Source of the DNA: an uncultured virus (IMG/VR IMGVR_UViG_3300024999_000052)
Taxonomy: Duplodnaviria; Heunggongvirae; Uroviricota; Caudoviricetes
DNA length: 64,000 nucleotides
Direction: 5' to 3' (one strand)
Virus record (IMG/VR): IMGVR_UViG_3300024999_000052
In this document: piece by piece, positions 43,809-56,487 of the stretch
Layout: every line of letters starts with the position of its first letter
Position numbering within the stretch: position 1 is the stretch's first letter
Notes under the pieces: generated by a model
The model's input: only the letters and a program-made list of their open reading frames with translations
What the model was told of the DNA's origin: nothing
The model's database searches: none
Made by a program: the position numbers and the translations under genes

Positions 43809-44002
43809 ACTTTAAAATAAATTAAGAAAGAGGTAGTATAATGAAATCATATGCAGATGATGAGCCATTTCTTTGTCCTTGTTGCGGAGCAATGATTAGC
43901 ACATCAGATGACTGCCCTAATTGTGGAGAATTAGTAAATGTAGATGAGGATAAAATTTGGGAAGAAGCATGGAGAAATAATGAGCAAGGAGAGTAAAGAA
44001 CA

Positions 44003-44875
44003 ATGAAAAAGAGATTAATGAAAAAGCACAATAAATCAAGACTAGAAAATATCTTAACCCAAGTTTCAGAGAAATTTACTATAACCAAAAAAGAATTTGG
44101 TAATGGATATTTCATATTTTCATTTGGGAAAAATACAGTGTGTCATTTCACATTAAAAGAAACCCCATTATGGAGATATGGAATATGGTTAACGAAAAAA
44201 GGATTCCAGATTTTTGGTGAACACGAATGGCTTATCGACAAATTCAAACCAAGTAGAACTTATTTAAGCCTTGAAAATAATATTGACTTATTTCTAGCGA
44301 AAGTAAAGGTAATTAACGAAAATTCCAAGGTATTCTTTGTTGACTCATATACTGATGGAAATGCTTTAGTTGCCTATGAAAGAGTAGATTGGGGAGATGG
44401 AGAGTTTTACTACAAGGGTTATCAATGTATTAGAGAATTCAATGAAGAAACCCAACTTTATAATCAATTTAGAAGAGATGAGTCTATAACCCAACAGGAC
44501 TACGTTGAAAAGCAATGGAATGAATTTATTGAAATGAGAAGACAAACTGAAGAGAACCACGAATTTGACAGATTATTTGCTTTTAATTTCTTTAAAGAAT
44601 TGCCAAATATGTTTTTACAAATAAAAATGGTAGGGATACGTGATGAGAATAAGGATGGATGTTGGTGTAGTCCACGATACAATATTAAGGTATTGGTAGA
44701 TCAAAATATTTCCCAAGAGGCATTGGATGATTTATATGAAGAATTAGGTAACTTGGTTCATAGTAAAAATTATTCAGAAGAAAGGAAGTCGCATGAACAT
44801 CAATTTTCATTAATTGGTTGTTATGACCATGTTAAGGATATTAGGGATTGTAATTATAAGTATTATAAAAATTAA
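44003..44875 (+). CDS. Hypothetical protein
   Basis: 290-aa ORF with RBS. Confidence 0.7.
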   Translation: MKKRLMKKHNKSRLENILTQVSEKFTITKKEFGNGYFIFSFGKNTVCHFTLKETPLWRYGIWLTKKGFQIFGEHEWLIDKFKPSRTYLSLENNIDLFLAKVKVINENSKVFFVDSYTDGNALVAYERVDWGDGEFYYKGYQCIREFNEETQLYNQFRRDESITQQDYVEKQWNEFIEMRRQTEENHEFDRLFAFNFFKELPNMFLQIKMVGIRDENKDGCWCSPRYNIKVLVDQNISQEALDDLYEELGNLVHSKNYSEERKSHEHQFSLIGCYDHVKDIRDCNYKYYKN

Positions 44876-45133
44876 AATGAAAATATAAGGAGTGAAAATA
44901 AAATGGATTTATCACAAACTCAAATTCATTGGAAATCTTCTTCTGAAGAAATTGAAGCAATGACTTATGAACAAGCAATTGAATTGTTAGAGAATCAAAT
45001 TAAAATGGGTAAAAGTACAAATCCTCAAGCACTAGGGCCACGAAAACATATGGTTAAAGCTTATGAATTGGCGATTGAGGCATTGAAGAAATTAATTAAT
45101 CAACAAAATGAGAAAGGAGGTGGATAATTATAA

Positions 45134-45361
45134 ATGAGGATGAAAGGATACACATTAAAAGAAATGTCACAAATTCTAACACAGCATGGATGGAAACCAT
45201 CTCATAGAAAAAGTTCCCACATAACTTTTCAAAATGATGATTCAAATAATCACATTACCTTACCGGATCATGGTAAATCAAAAGAAATTTGCAGACCGCT
45301 GGCAAAGAAGATACTCAAGCAAGCAGGATTATTAGAATTTGCTTATGGTTGTGAATGTTAA
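45134..45361 (+). CDS. hicA: HicA-family mRNA interferase (no adjacent HicB)
   Basis: GWKPSHRKSSHITF..ITLPDHG..EI..KKILKQAG. Confidence 0.75.
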   Translation: MRMKGYTLKEMSQILTQHGWKPSHRKSSHITFQNDDSNNHITLPDHGKSKEICRPLAKKILKQAGLLEFAYGCEC

Positions 45362-45472
45362 TACATAAGATACAAATAAAGAAATAAAATATATTGACCA
45401 TGCATTATTTGTTCAAAACTTAATATATTTAATTATATGTAAATTACATGGTTAAATAAAGGAGTGATAATT

Positions 45473-45601
45473 ATGAAAAACATGAAAAGAAAACTCTTAA
45501 TCGCTCTTCTAATCGTCTTATCTGTTGTGGTGTACGTTAGTGTCAATGATGATAGTAAAGAAGCTTACAGGTCAAATACGGGGCTTACAGTGAAGATTTA
45601 A
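45473..45601 (+). CDS. Small secreted/membrane peptide (42 aa)
   Basis: AAGGAG RBS; MKNMKRKLLIALLIVLSVVVYVSVNDDSKEAYRSNTGLTVKI. Confidence 0.6.
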   Translation: MKNMKRKLLIALLIVLSVVVYVSVNDDSKEAYRSNTGLTVKI

Positions 45602-45609
45602 AGGAAGGG

Positions 45610-46185
45610 ATGGTGATTGTTTTGGAATTAGTTCAACCAATACGTAGCAAAGAAAAAATTGAACAAATGAAGAAATATCTAAAATCAAAATCTCTTAGAG
45701 ATTGGGCTTTATTCACATTGGGTATTAATTCAGGATTAAGAATTAGTGATTTGCTTAAACTTAATATATCAGATGTAGTAGACGCAAATGGAAAAGTTAG
45801 AGACAGAATAACGGTTCGAGAAAAGAAAACTTCCAAACCAAAAACATTTCCTTTTAGTGCAAAAGTAATAGAATCTTTAACAGAATATATTGCTTCTCTA
45901 GATCCATCTCAGACAGTTTTATTTGGGTCTAGGATAGGTGATAAAGCAGTCACAAGGCAACATATACACAGAATACTTAGTGAGGCTGGTAAAGAGGTAG
46001 GTATAAAAGAATCCATAGCTTCGCATTCCCTCAGAAAAACTTTTGGATTCATGGCATATGAAGCTGGAGTAGACATCACCAGAATTCAGCAATTGCTTAA
46101 TCACTCTTCACCAAAGGAAACTTTAAGATATATCGGAGTCACACAAGATGAGTTAGATAATGTGTATTTAGAATTGAATTTGTAA
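45610..46185 (+). CDS. Tyrosine recombinase (catalytic domain only)
   Basis: GLRISDLL, EKKT, HSLRKTFG, LLNHSS..TLRYIG: intact R-K-H-R-H-Y. Confidence 0.92.
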   Translation: MVIVLELVQPIRSKEKIEQMKKYLKSKSLRDWALFTLGINSGLRISDLLKLNISDVVDANGKVRDRITVREKKTSKPKTFPFSAKVIESLTEYIASLDPSQTVLFGSRIGDKAVTRQHIHRILSEAGKEVGIKESIASHSLRKTFGFMAYEAGVDITRIQQLLNHSSPKETLRYIGVTQDELDNVYLELNL

Positions 46186-46267
46186 GAAAGGATAATTATT
46201 ATGAAGCAATTAACAAAACGTGAAAAGATTATTAAAGTATTAATCGAATGGAAGGATGAAATAAATA

Positions 46268-46666
46268 ATGAATGTAGTTCCATTAATCAAAACAATTCTT
46301 GAATCTTTTGAAACTTTAAAATATGAAATGGATTCTATAAATCAAAAAATTAGAGATATCCATTCAGAGCAAGATGATCTTTTACATGAAGTAGAACTTA
46401 CAAAATTCAATGCTTGTGAAGGTTATCAATTATCTAAAGAACTACAACTACTTAGACACAAGAGGAGACATTATAAAGACCAAGAAGAGCAAATGGATAT
46501 GATAAGAGGGGTTATAAATAAATATAAATGGGTTATCAATGATCTAAAACCTTTAGTTAAATTACTTGAAGAAAAGGAAAACCATCAGATACATAGACAA
46601 TACACACCAAAAATCAGGACTAATTTAAAATTAGTTAAATTAAAAGAGTTGCAAACTGCAAAGTAA
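46268..46666 (+). CDS. Coiled-coil phage protein
   Basis: DLLHEVEL..FNACEGY..RHKRRHYKD..YTPK. Confidence 0.65.
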   Translation: MNVVPLIKTILESFETLKYEMDSINQKIRDIHSEQDDLLHEVELTKFNACEGYQLSKELQLLRHKRRHYKDQEEQMDMIRGVINKYKWVINDLKPLVKLLEEKENHQIHRQYTPKIRTNLKLVKLKELQTAK

Positions 46667-46856
46667 AGGAGCGTGTTAATTATGATAGAGAACAAAAAAG
46701 AATTCATACAACAAAGGAGAAAAGAAATTGCTAAAAGATATGGTTCTAACCCCCATATCTATAGTAGCGGAAAAGTTATTGATGTCGAACAGGAGTTTCC
46801 TCAAAATCTAAGAATAAATATTGACAAAAAGGTAGTGGAAACTATGAAAAATAAAA

Positions 46857-47132
46857 TTGAAGGAGGAAATAATAATGAAAAAGATATTATTAACATCAAT
46901 TATTATAATTTTTACTTTAACTGGTTGCGGATATGAAAAGGGAGAAGTATTGTTAGGAAATAATTTTACAGTTAAGGAGGTGTTGGTTAATAACAGTAAA
47001 TATGAGAATATTTGTATTGTAGTAGATAAAAAATCAGGAGTAAATTATTATTGGATTACTTCAGGTCAAGGTAGATCATTGACATCTATTTATGACAAAG
47101 AAGGTAAAGTTGTGATTGATAAAGTTGATTAA
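46857..47132 (+). CDS. Lipoprotein
   Basis: Lipobox LTGC; VDKKSGVNY..LTSIYDKEGK. Confidence 0.7.
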   Translation: MKEEIIMKKILLTSIIIIFTLTGCGYEKGEVLLGNNFTVKEVLVNNSKYENICIVVDKKSGVNYYWITSGQGRSLTSIYDKEGKVVIDKVD

Positions 47133-49139
47133 AACCTGTACCAGAAAATGTTGATTTTATTTGAGAAGAAAGAAGTTGATATATAAATGATTTCCAAAGA
47201 AGAGTTTTTAAAGAATTGGGATGCTAAAATTAATGAGGATGGAATTATACTTCCAAAAGATACTTGTTTTGTATTCCTTGCTTCAGAATATTGTAATAAC
47301 CTTAAATTAGATATTGACAATAAGGAAAGAGAATCAATTCAAAACTTTGGTTATTGGCTTGAAGGAATGTTTGAAGTTTGTGACGGAGCAAAAGGGCGAT
47401 CAAATTATAGTTGTCAAGATAGGACATAAGAAGGAGAGATATTAATGAAAGATATTATTATTGGAATTAAGAAAAGTAAAAGTTGTTCCGCAGTAGTTTA
47501 TTATCAATATTCAGAAGTTCAAAATATTATAAGTCACAATTCTGAATTATATTGGTGTCGTGAAAATTTTACTGGAACAACAATATTTATTCTCAAAAAT
47601 ACAAATGAAGGGGAAGCATTAACCGCATTACTCCATTGTAAAAGTCCTGTTGAGTGTATAGAAAATTTTCTACTTAATATTACATTAAATAATATGAATA
47701 TTTCTGACTTAAGGGATTTGATGGAGAATTTAAGTGAAAAGTATTTTGAACGTGGAGTAAGATTTAATCAACAACAATTAAGAATGGTTATGGGATATTA
47801 ATCCTAGCAAACTTAGCGTTTATCTTATATAAAGGAGGAATGATTTTATGGTTTCAGAAGGATTTATAGTAGGAATTGACTGCAAGGTGAAAGAATTATC
47901 AGAAAAAATTGAAGAAATTTTATTCATATGTGAAAAAAGATTGAAAGATTTAGGATGCAAAGATAAAGAGGATTTAATTTTCCCTTCTAATATTTATTAT
48001 AGAAATGATGAATTATATGCTATTTGTGATATTTGGATTAAAAAATATTGGGATGAAATAAATTATATGGAGGAAACTAATAATGTTAAGTGAAAATCAA
48101 TCACACCAATGCAATGATTATACTATATATTTTAGTCTTTCAAGAGGTTGGGAACTATATAATATTTACAATGATTTTGTGATGAGAAATATTAGTTATT
48201 GTCCGTTTTGTGGTGAAAAGTTATAAAAGATTATTTAGGAAGAAGGTAATTAAAATGATTAAAATTGAAAAGATTACAGAAGATAATTTTGAGATTCTTG
48301 TTTGTGAAAAGTTAAAAGGTATTTTAGACAGAGATGAACTATTAACATTAATGAGGGACATAGCTTATGAATTAGATTATGAGGTAAGGAGTAAGTGGTA
48401 ATTATGATTAAATGTGAAAGATTTATAGTCTTTAGAAATAATGTAAAATCAATTATTGCAGTATATATTAAATGTAATTTATTTACAAGAATATTTTACC
48501 TTGACAAAGAAGTTGAATGGGTTGCAGGGCCAGTTTATGATAATGAATTGAATAAAAGAAAAGTTGAGATGAAATTGTTTAATGATGATACAAAATATGA
48601 GTTTCTAATGGATGCAGTAGAGTGGGAAGAAGTTAAAACTTATAAAGATCAGATCAATGAGTTTTTGAAAGGATGATTGATTAAATTATGCGTGAACTAG
48701 ATAATCTTATCAACCTAATCACTGAAATCAATAGTGATCTATATTTATCTTATCAAGAGAGAAAAGAAAAATTAAAAGAACTTAATTTAACTTATGAAGA
48801 AATGGAATCTATTTTAATGTCTGCATGTGAAGTATGGATTAGTATAAAGGAGGAAAATTAAATGTTTTATGTATATAATATTTGTATGAAAAATAGCAAA
48901 GAATATAAAACTGAACTTACAATAAAACTTGATGAATTAATTAAAGAACTTATGCCAAAAGATCCATACGAAATAAAAATATTTCACCTTAATATATTTG
49001 ATGGAAATGGTCAAAGTGCAGCTATAGTTGGTAGCGAAGTATCGAGTGTTGAATACTTTGTTGAAACAAGACCTAACTCTTGGGATTAAATATTTATCCA
49101 ACCAAACTGCGATTTTAAATTAAAAAGGAGTAATGAAAA

Positions 49140-49730
49140 ATGTTTGATAAAATTGAAAGTCTAAATACCATTGTTAATCTAAATTTAAATCTACACAAAT
49201 TTTATATACCAGATACTTATGAAGAATATCGCAATTTGGTATATAAATTTGAATTATGTACCATTAGAACAGACCATAAATTCATATCAGAAGATTTGCC
49301 ATTTTACATATTTAATAAACAAAAGGATAGTGAAGAATATTTAGATTTAATATGGAACGAATCACAAGGGAAACAATATAAACTTATCGTAAGTGATGGT
49401 ATTAAGTATGATAACATTCAGAAATATAATATAGTCACTAAAATACAAAAGAATGGAGATTTTATATTCGAAGCATCAGATTTAAAAATACCACTTAGGC
49501 ATATGTATAGACATCCTTCCTCATTATTGTCATGTACTGGAAATTTATCAGAGGGTATTCACCTATGGCATATGCTTAATAAAAGATACGGAATAAACAA
49601 ACTGATAATTAGAAGGGACTTGTTAACTTTATACAACTTTAGGTTATTTGATAAGTGGTTAGAGGTTACAAAATATCCTATTCCAGTGGGCGTTAAAGGT
49701 GAAAATATAGTGTTTTGGCAAATAAAGTAG
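49140..49730 (+). CDS. Hypothetical protein
   Basis: 196-aa ORF flanked by junction motifs at 49102 and 49740. Confidence 0.7.
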   Translation: MFDKIESLNTIVNLNLNLHKFYIPDTYEEYRNLVYKFELCTIRTDHKFISEDLPFYIFNKQKDSEEYLDLIWNESQGKQYKLIVSDGIKYDNIQKYNIVTKIQKNGDFIFEASDLKIPLRHMYRHPSSLLSCTGNLSEGIHLWHMLNKRYGINKLIIRRDLLTLYNFRLFDKWLEVTKYPIPVGVKGENIVFWQIK

Positions 49731-51223
49731 AGTGTACCATCAAACAGCAATTTTAAATGAGGAAAGGAGAAAATAAATGCAATTAATATCTAAAACTGAA
49801 GACAATGAGAAAACAATTAAATTCACAGTTGATGAATATGAACATTTATTAAAAATCTTAGACCTATGTACTCCTCCAGAACATCGTAATTATTTGTTTA
49901 AAGTTATGGCAGAAATGTTTAATGATTTATATGATATGGATTTATTATAATTGAAAGGAGATATTAAATGATATATCAACTAAAAGCATATTATGGTGCG
50001 TCAATAAACGGGAAGGTTATATATTCTGCTGAATTAACTTTTAATGATTGTACAAAACTATTAACTAAACCTTTAGACAGTAATTCGCTCAAAGATCATA
50101 TAACTAATAAAATTATTGCCGATAGATTTAATCCTGATAATTTTATTTTCGGTTGGCTTACTAAAGAACAGTATGAGAATAAAATTGAATCAAAAGTGGA
50201 TGAGAAAATAGAAGTAAAGGGTAATTAAAAAGTCAGTTTGATGGGAGGATTTTAAAACAATGACTGAAACAGAATTATTAATCCAAGAAACTATCATTTA
50301 TCTACTAGATTTTTCATTTAGTTTTAGACATTGCGAGAAAAGCTATCAGGGAATTAAAATGGTTGCAATTTAGATCAAAATTAGTTACTTGTAAGGAAAG
50401 GAAGAGATAAAATGATAGCTGTAAAAATGAAAATATCAAGACATCAAATTAGTCATGTTTATTATGTTGGAGATGCCGAGAAGTTTATTAATTCACCTAT
50501 TGTTATTAATGGCAATGCAGTAGGAGTTATAACCAAGGCAACAGATAGCGATGAAGAATATTACATTGATGTTGAGGGATATTTATGGATGGCATGAGCA
50601 AGTTACTTGCAAGATGGTAATGAATTAATACCTGCCGATATCACAATTAAGTAACTACTAGCAAATCCACTTTGAAAGGATATGATTTTTGTGGAAGATT
50701 TAGAAACAAAAGTACAAAAAAGAATTGATGATATAAATTTTGACATGTTTTGTGATATAATTGACAAATTACAAGTCTATGGAGTTAATTTATATAATGG
50801 TAAAGGCGAATGGGATTTTAATCAGTTTAGAAATAGTTGTAAAAAGACTTTTGGACTATTGTTTAAAAATGATGAACCACATCCAGAAACAGGTATTAAA
50901 TATCAATTATGTGATTTTATGAGTGCAGTTCAGGCAATTGTAGGAATAAGAAATATTACAGAATTTATGTATAGATGAATGAAATCTTATGTTAGGTATT
51001 TAAGAAAGAAATTATATAAAATAATCATAATTTAACATAAATACAAAATATACCAACCCTACAACCCTACTCCCATGCGACTTTCAAAACCATAATTTCC
51101 CATAAAATTTACATTTTAATGGATGCGGGGGATATTTTTATAAACTGTAAAATAAATGTTTGCAATTTTATTTAGTGTATGGTATAATTAACACAAAGTA
51201 ATAAAAAGAAAGAGGTTTTAATT

Positions 51224-51724
51224 ATGAATAAAAGATTATACATTAACTTTGAACTAAATCAAGATATTCCAGAAAAAATTATCAAAGATCAAAATGTACA
51301 TACCAGTGAAATTGGTTTTATCATTGTGAAATCAGAATACAAAAAGAAATTCGAAAAGAAATATGACATTCCACTGATAAACTTCTCAGAATGGTTTACT
51401 GATAAATATAGCCAAGCTCATATAATCAGTGAATTAATTTATGAAATAGTTGAATCTGAACCACTATTACAAATTACACAAAAAGACAATATTTTAAATG
51501 TTAATTTAATTACTACAATGATTAAATCAACTCTCGATAAATTATCACTCTTACAAGATGATAAAATCATTGAATATGTTCTAAATTATAAATTAGAAGA
51601 AATTTTGAAAATTGTCATAAAACCATTTGTAATGAGTGAGATAATGAAAAATTATCAAGACTATCTTAGAGATTTAGAAGTACAATATCGTATTGATTGG
51701 GTTAGACAAATTACAGATGTTTAA
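51224..51724 (+). CDS. Hypothetical protein
   Basis: Promoter TTGCAA..TGGTATAAT 51160-51188. Confidence 0.65.
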   Translation: MNKRLYINFELNQDIPEKIIKDQNVHTSEIGFIIVKSEYKKKFEKKYDIPLINFSEWFTDKYSQAHIISELIYEIVESEPLLQITQKDNILNVNLITTMIKSTLDKLSLLQDDKIIEYVLNYKLEEILKIVIKPFVMSEIMKNYQDYLRDLEVQYRIDWVRQITDV

Positions 51725-52345
51725 GGAGGAAGATACATAAATGGACAATATACAAACTACTCAAGCATTAGTATTTGTTTCTGGTATATTAATAATGATT
51801 TTAGGTATGGGGCTTGGTGTTCTTATTGGATTAGAAATTAGTAGTAATAAGAAGATGTGTGAACCGATGTATGACAGAAAGGGAAACTTTGTTGGAACTA
51901 TTGGAAGTAAATGCGATTCGAAGGAGATGATAGTTTAGGTAAAATTGTGTGAAATTAATTTTACAAATATATAAATAATATTTGTTGACACGCGATTAAT
52001 TAAATGTTATAATTAAGTGTGGTAGAAATATAGGTGAGAGGAAGTGAATACATATGTGTTTCGTAGAAGTTGATATTGATGCAATCATTGAAGAAAAATG
52101 TAAAGATCCTGAATTTAAAAGAGAATATGAAAAAGTTATGGATAGATATGGCAAAAAGAATATTGGCAAAAAAAGATATAGAGCAATTGATAGAGTAAGA
52201 ATGATGAAGAAGTAGGAGTGGAAAGGAGTAGGTGAAAAACATTAGCAAGAAAATGATTATGTGTTGGTTTACTTAGGTAATATATAAAATTTAATACAAA
52301 CTACAATTGATGTGAAAAATGATAAACAAATGGAGTTGATTTTGA

Positions 52346-52831
52346 ATGTGGAATTCAACAGAAGGTATAGTAATTATAAACCCTAAAACAAAAGATATAA
52401 TCTATGATGTAAGTAAAAAAGAAATAATTAATTGTGATATATCTAAGATTATTGAACTTATAAATCATATGGAAAACGTTATTGGTTTTGTCAAAAGCAA
52501 TGAAAAACTTAATATATGTTTTAGCGGTTATGATGAAGATCCTAGAGAAATCTATAATATACCTGAGATTAGAATATATATGAATAAATTAGTAAATGAA
52601 AAACCATATCTACCTTATTTCCTTACAAAAGATAAAAATACTAGAGTTTTGGTAATGAGTTGTGTATGCGATGTGGAAATACTAAAAACAGAAAATAATA
52701 TAAATAATTTAAGTATAAGGATGCCTAAAGATATTTCATTAGTTATCATTACTGGACTTACATTAGTTGCTAAAAAATATGGAATACCTATTCCAAAAAT
52801 GCAAGAAAGTATGAGGGATATGCCGTTTTAA
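52346..52831 (+). CDS. DUF1817/CRR6-like protein
   Basis: FSGYDEDPREIYNIPEIRIY..PYLPYFL. Confidence 0.55.
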   Translation: MWNSTEGIVIINPKTKDIIYDVSKKEIINCDISKIIELINHMENVIGFVKSNEKLNICFSGYDEDPREIYNIPEIRIYMNKLVNEKPYLPYFLTKDKNTRVLVMSCVCDVEILKTENNINNLSIRMPKDISLVIITGLTLVAKKYGIPIPKMQESMRDMPF

Positions 52832-52869
52832 AAACTGCAATTCTATGAAGGGAAAAGTGAATAATAAAT

Positions 52870-54390
52870 ATGCTAAGAGTTTCTGATGTTATAACTCCTG
52901 ATAAAATAGAGTCTTGGGTTCCAGGCGATCTTATAACTATTAAATCAGGGACAGGAGGTGGTAAGAGTTATATGATTAAAAATGTACTTTATCCAATTGC
53001 AAAAGATAACGGTGATAAAATATTAATGTTAATACATAGAAGCAATTGTTTAGATCAATTTAAAGAGGAACTTGAAAGAGATGATAAACTAGATGTAATA
53101 AAAATAATGACATATCAAAAACTTGAATATATGTACTTAAAGAAAAATCCTAAAGACTTAGATGAATATCAATACATAGTCTGTGATGAATTTCATTACT
53201 TTATGAGTGATGCAGCATTCTCTAAAACAACTGATATATCTTTAAACTTGATATTAAACCAGTCATTTGCAACAAGAATTTTTATGTCTGCAACTGGGGA
53301 TCATATGAAAACATATTTAAATGATATTAAAGGCAAAGAATCAATAGATTATGAATTACCAATTACATATGACCATATTAATAGTTTAGCATTCTTTTAT
53401 AATGATGATACATTTGATGAACTTATTGAAGAAGCAATTGAGAAAAATCAAAAAGTAATGTTATTTATCCAATCAGCAAGAAAAGCATATGATTTATATA
53501 AGAAATTTAAAAAATATTGTTTATTTAACTGTAGCAAAAACAACAAAGAATATTACAAGTATGTTAATAAACCAAAAATAAAAGATATGTTAGAAAATGA
53601 AAAATTTGAGGAATTAATCCTTATTACAACGACTTGTATGGATGCAGGGGTTAATATCATTGATTTAGATTTGAATCATATAATATGTGATGTTGAAGAC
53701 ACAGGAACATTAATACAATGTATTGGTAGAAAAAGAATCCAGAACGATAAAGATAAAGTTGATCTTTACATAAAAACAATAAGCAATAAGTCATTAGGTG
53801 GAAAAACAACACAAATAAATAAAAAATTAAAAATGGCTGAGTTTTTAAAAACACATACTGTGCAAGAGTTCATTAATGAATATCAACGAGAATATGATAC
53901 TAGTAATATGGTTTATGATGCTATTGTAAGAGAAAAGAATAGAGGAACTAAAAAGGTTAATGAATTAATGTTTTTTAAATGTAATACTGATAAAGAAGAA
54001 ATTTTAAAAATATTAGAATTTGGCAGAGTTGGATACTATGAATATATAAAAGAACTATTCGGAATGGAGGAGTATAGAATTTTAGAAGAAGATTTTAAAA
54101 CAGACGAATTAGTTAAATATCTAGATAGGATAATTAATCAAAAGTTATACAAACCTGAGCAAAAAGATTTAATTGAAAATATAGATATAAAAGATAAAAG
54201 AGGAAGAATACAAAAATCAATATCAATATTTAATGCTTATTTTGATGAAAATAAATTACCTTATATAATAAAATCTAATACAAATAATATTAAAAAATTA
54301 GAAGATGGTACAACTAATCCTTATTATAGAAAGGTTTATTGGGTAGTATATAAATTTTTAGAAGAAATTAATACAGAAATATTGGATTAA
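52870..54390 (+). CDS. Superfamily 2 (DExH) helicase
   Basis: GTGGGKS, CDEFH, MSAT, TTCMDAGVNI, QCIGRKR. Confidence 0.88.
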   Translation: MLRVSDVITPDKIESWVPGDLITIKSGTGGGKSYMIKNVLYPIAKDNGDKILMLIHRSNCLDQFKEELERDDKLDVIKIMTYQKLEYMYLKKNPKDLDEYQYIVCDEFHYFMSDAAFSKTTDISLNLILNQSFATRIFMSATGDHMKTYLNDIKGKESIDYELPITYDHINSLAFFYNDDTFDELIEEAIEKNQKVMLFIQSARKAYDLYKKFKKYCLFNCSKNNKEYYKYVNKPKIKDMLENEKFEELILITTTCMDAGVNIIDLDLNHIICDVEDTGTLIQCIGRKRIQNDKDKVDLYIKTISNKSLGGKTTQINKKLKMAEFLKTHTVQEFINEYQREYDTSNMVYDAIVREKNRGTKKVNELMFFKCNTDKEEILKILEFGRVGYYEYIKELFGMEEYRILEEDFKTDELVKYLDRIINQKLYKPEQKDLIENIDIKDKRGRIQKSISIFNAYFDENKLPYIIKSNTNNIKKLEDGTTNPYYRKVYWVVYKFLEEINTEILD

Positions 54391-54596
54391 GCTTCTTAAA
54401 GAACTTATTCCATATTTTCTGTATTAAAATAAAAAATAATCATAATAATATATCCATGGAAGGAATTTTGTGACAACAAAATTACTGGAATGAAAAGCTT
54501 CCTGCAAGGACTATAAGGAAAGAGGTGCAACGAAAGCAATGTATCGGACAAAGCGTTGTCCTCTTTCCAAACATTCGCTATCGCTCAGTTTGGGAT
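54368..54596. other. Inverted repeat plus GC-richer stem-loop cluster downstream of the helicase
   Basis: Arms 54368-54387/54409-54427; GGAAAGAGG/CCTCTTTCC; CCAAAC-ATTCGCTATCGCTCA-GTTTGG. Confidence 0.55.
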
Positions 54597-56487
54597 TTAT
54601 TCTTTAATTAATTTTTTCTATATAAAATAAATAAAGGAGGAGATTAAATGTTAGGAATTAAAAGAAAATATATAAACATTAAATGGTCTGTAATGCAAAT
54701 TACTAACAATGAAATAAATGCTAGTCATGTATATTGTATGAAAGAAAAATGGGATATATTTAGGAGTGATTGGGGTCAGGGATTTGACTCAGACTGTTTT
54801 GGTCATTGTAGTGAATTTAATAAATGTAGAGACGCTTTCTATGATAAAAAATATCATGGAGAGAATCATATGAAATTAATTATTGTTCCATTTGATAAAG
54901 TTGATTGGCATGATGATGAGATTAGGATTGTGGAGGATAAATAAATGACCAAAAACATACAATCATACACAAGAAAACAATATATCAAAAACATAATCGA
55001 CAAAATTATTACCAAAACACTAGACATAATTCTCTATCCATTACGCCTAGCTTATTCAAAATATGATGGCTCAAATTTACAAAAGAAAAGATTAATTAAA
55101 ACAATATATAAGAAAATAATGAGTAATATTTATAATGAATTATTATGTGAAGATGAAATTTATATAACTGATTTTAAAGTAGATCAAGGTTATATGCGTT
55201 CGAATATTATATCTATGGGACAGGGAACATATCAATTGCAATATCATACAAATAAATCTGCTGAGATAATATTTAATGAAATAAAGGATATTTTAAGGGC
55301 AGATGATAGTTTAGTGGTTGAGAGTATTGGTGTTAGAGATGTGTTTAAGTATGGATGTCATAAGGAAGATGGTAGAGTCATTAAGGTTTATATTGTTGAT
55401 AAGGAGATAAATAAATAAATGAAAACAATAATCAAAGGTAAAAACATGAAAAATAAATATGAACGCGATAATAATGATCATTTTTATCTTGTTAGAAATT
55501 TTCTTAGGGAATCAGATCCAATTACAGATACTCAAGAAAAGTTACATCATCTTAGTTTTACTAACATAAAAGCAATACCTGAATTTATTTCTTATGAGAC
55601 ATACGCTACTTTGCAAGATGTTGGTTATAGATTAAATATTGGAGAGGAATATGAGGGAAACGTTATTGAAAATGTTGAAGGGACTGAGGATGGAGATATT
55701 GTTTATTATACTGATAAAATTATAAATGTTGATGAGAATTTAGAAGAAAAGAAAGAATTTAGTGATAGGTTAAATGAAACTATCCAATATTATGATAATG
55801 AATTAAAGAAATTAATAGAAGAGATGGATAAAAAGAAATGGTATCAATTTTGGAAGTGAATAACATTGAATGGTATTTTTTAAACGAAATTCACAGGTTG
55901 AAAATAGGAGTGATATTTTGAGTTACATATATGACGAAAAAGAAATAAAAACAAAAGAAGATGCAATTAACTCATTAGAAGAAATTAATGCTTATCGTTA
56001 ACTTGAGGGAATTTCATTTGATTTTGGAAATGGGTTAATTCAAAATGAATTATCTTATGGCACAGAAGAAGCATATTGGGAAATGGATATTCAAGATTTA
56101 GAAGATATAATTGAAGATTGGGAAGAAGATATTGAATGGGAAAACTGGTTGAAATCTCAATCAAAAAATAAACATAAGAAGAAAAGACCAAATAGGTATT
56201 ATAGAAAAACAATTGATAAGAGAAAATTGGAGAAATTAGCTAAAATTTTATGGTGGACAGTAGGATACAATGACGGAGAAAAAAGATATATTCGTTATTA
56301 TATTAGTGGAAGAAAAGGTTTTGCAAAATGGTGTTCTAGGCGAGCTGTAAGGAATAGAAAAGATTTTTCATTAATAGGAACTGGCTATAGGAAATGTTTT
56401 AATTATTGGTATACTGTGTTTTAGAATTACCCTAGCAAATGTATGTTTTGATGTTATATGAAAGAAAATTAAGAGGAGGTAGTTAAA

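Noticed and set aside
45610..46185. Prophage integrase marking an att boundary
   Set aside because: Phage-like genes continue on both sides; no host genes or tRNA target nearby
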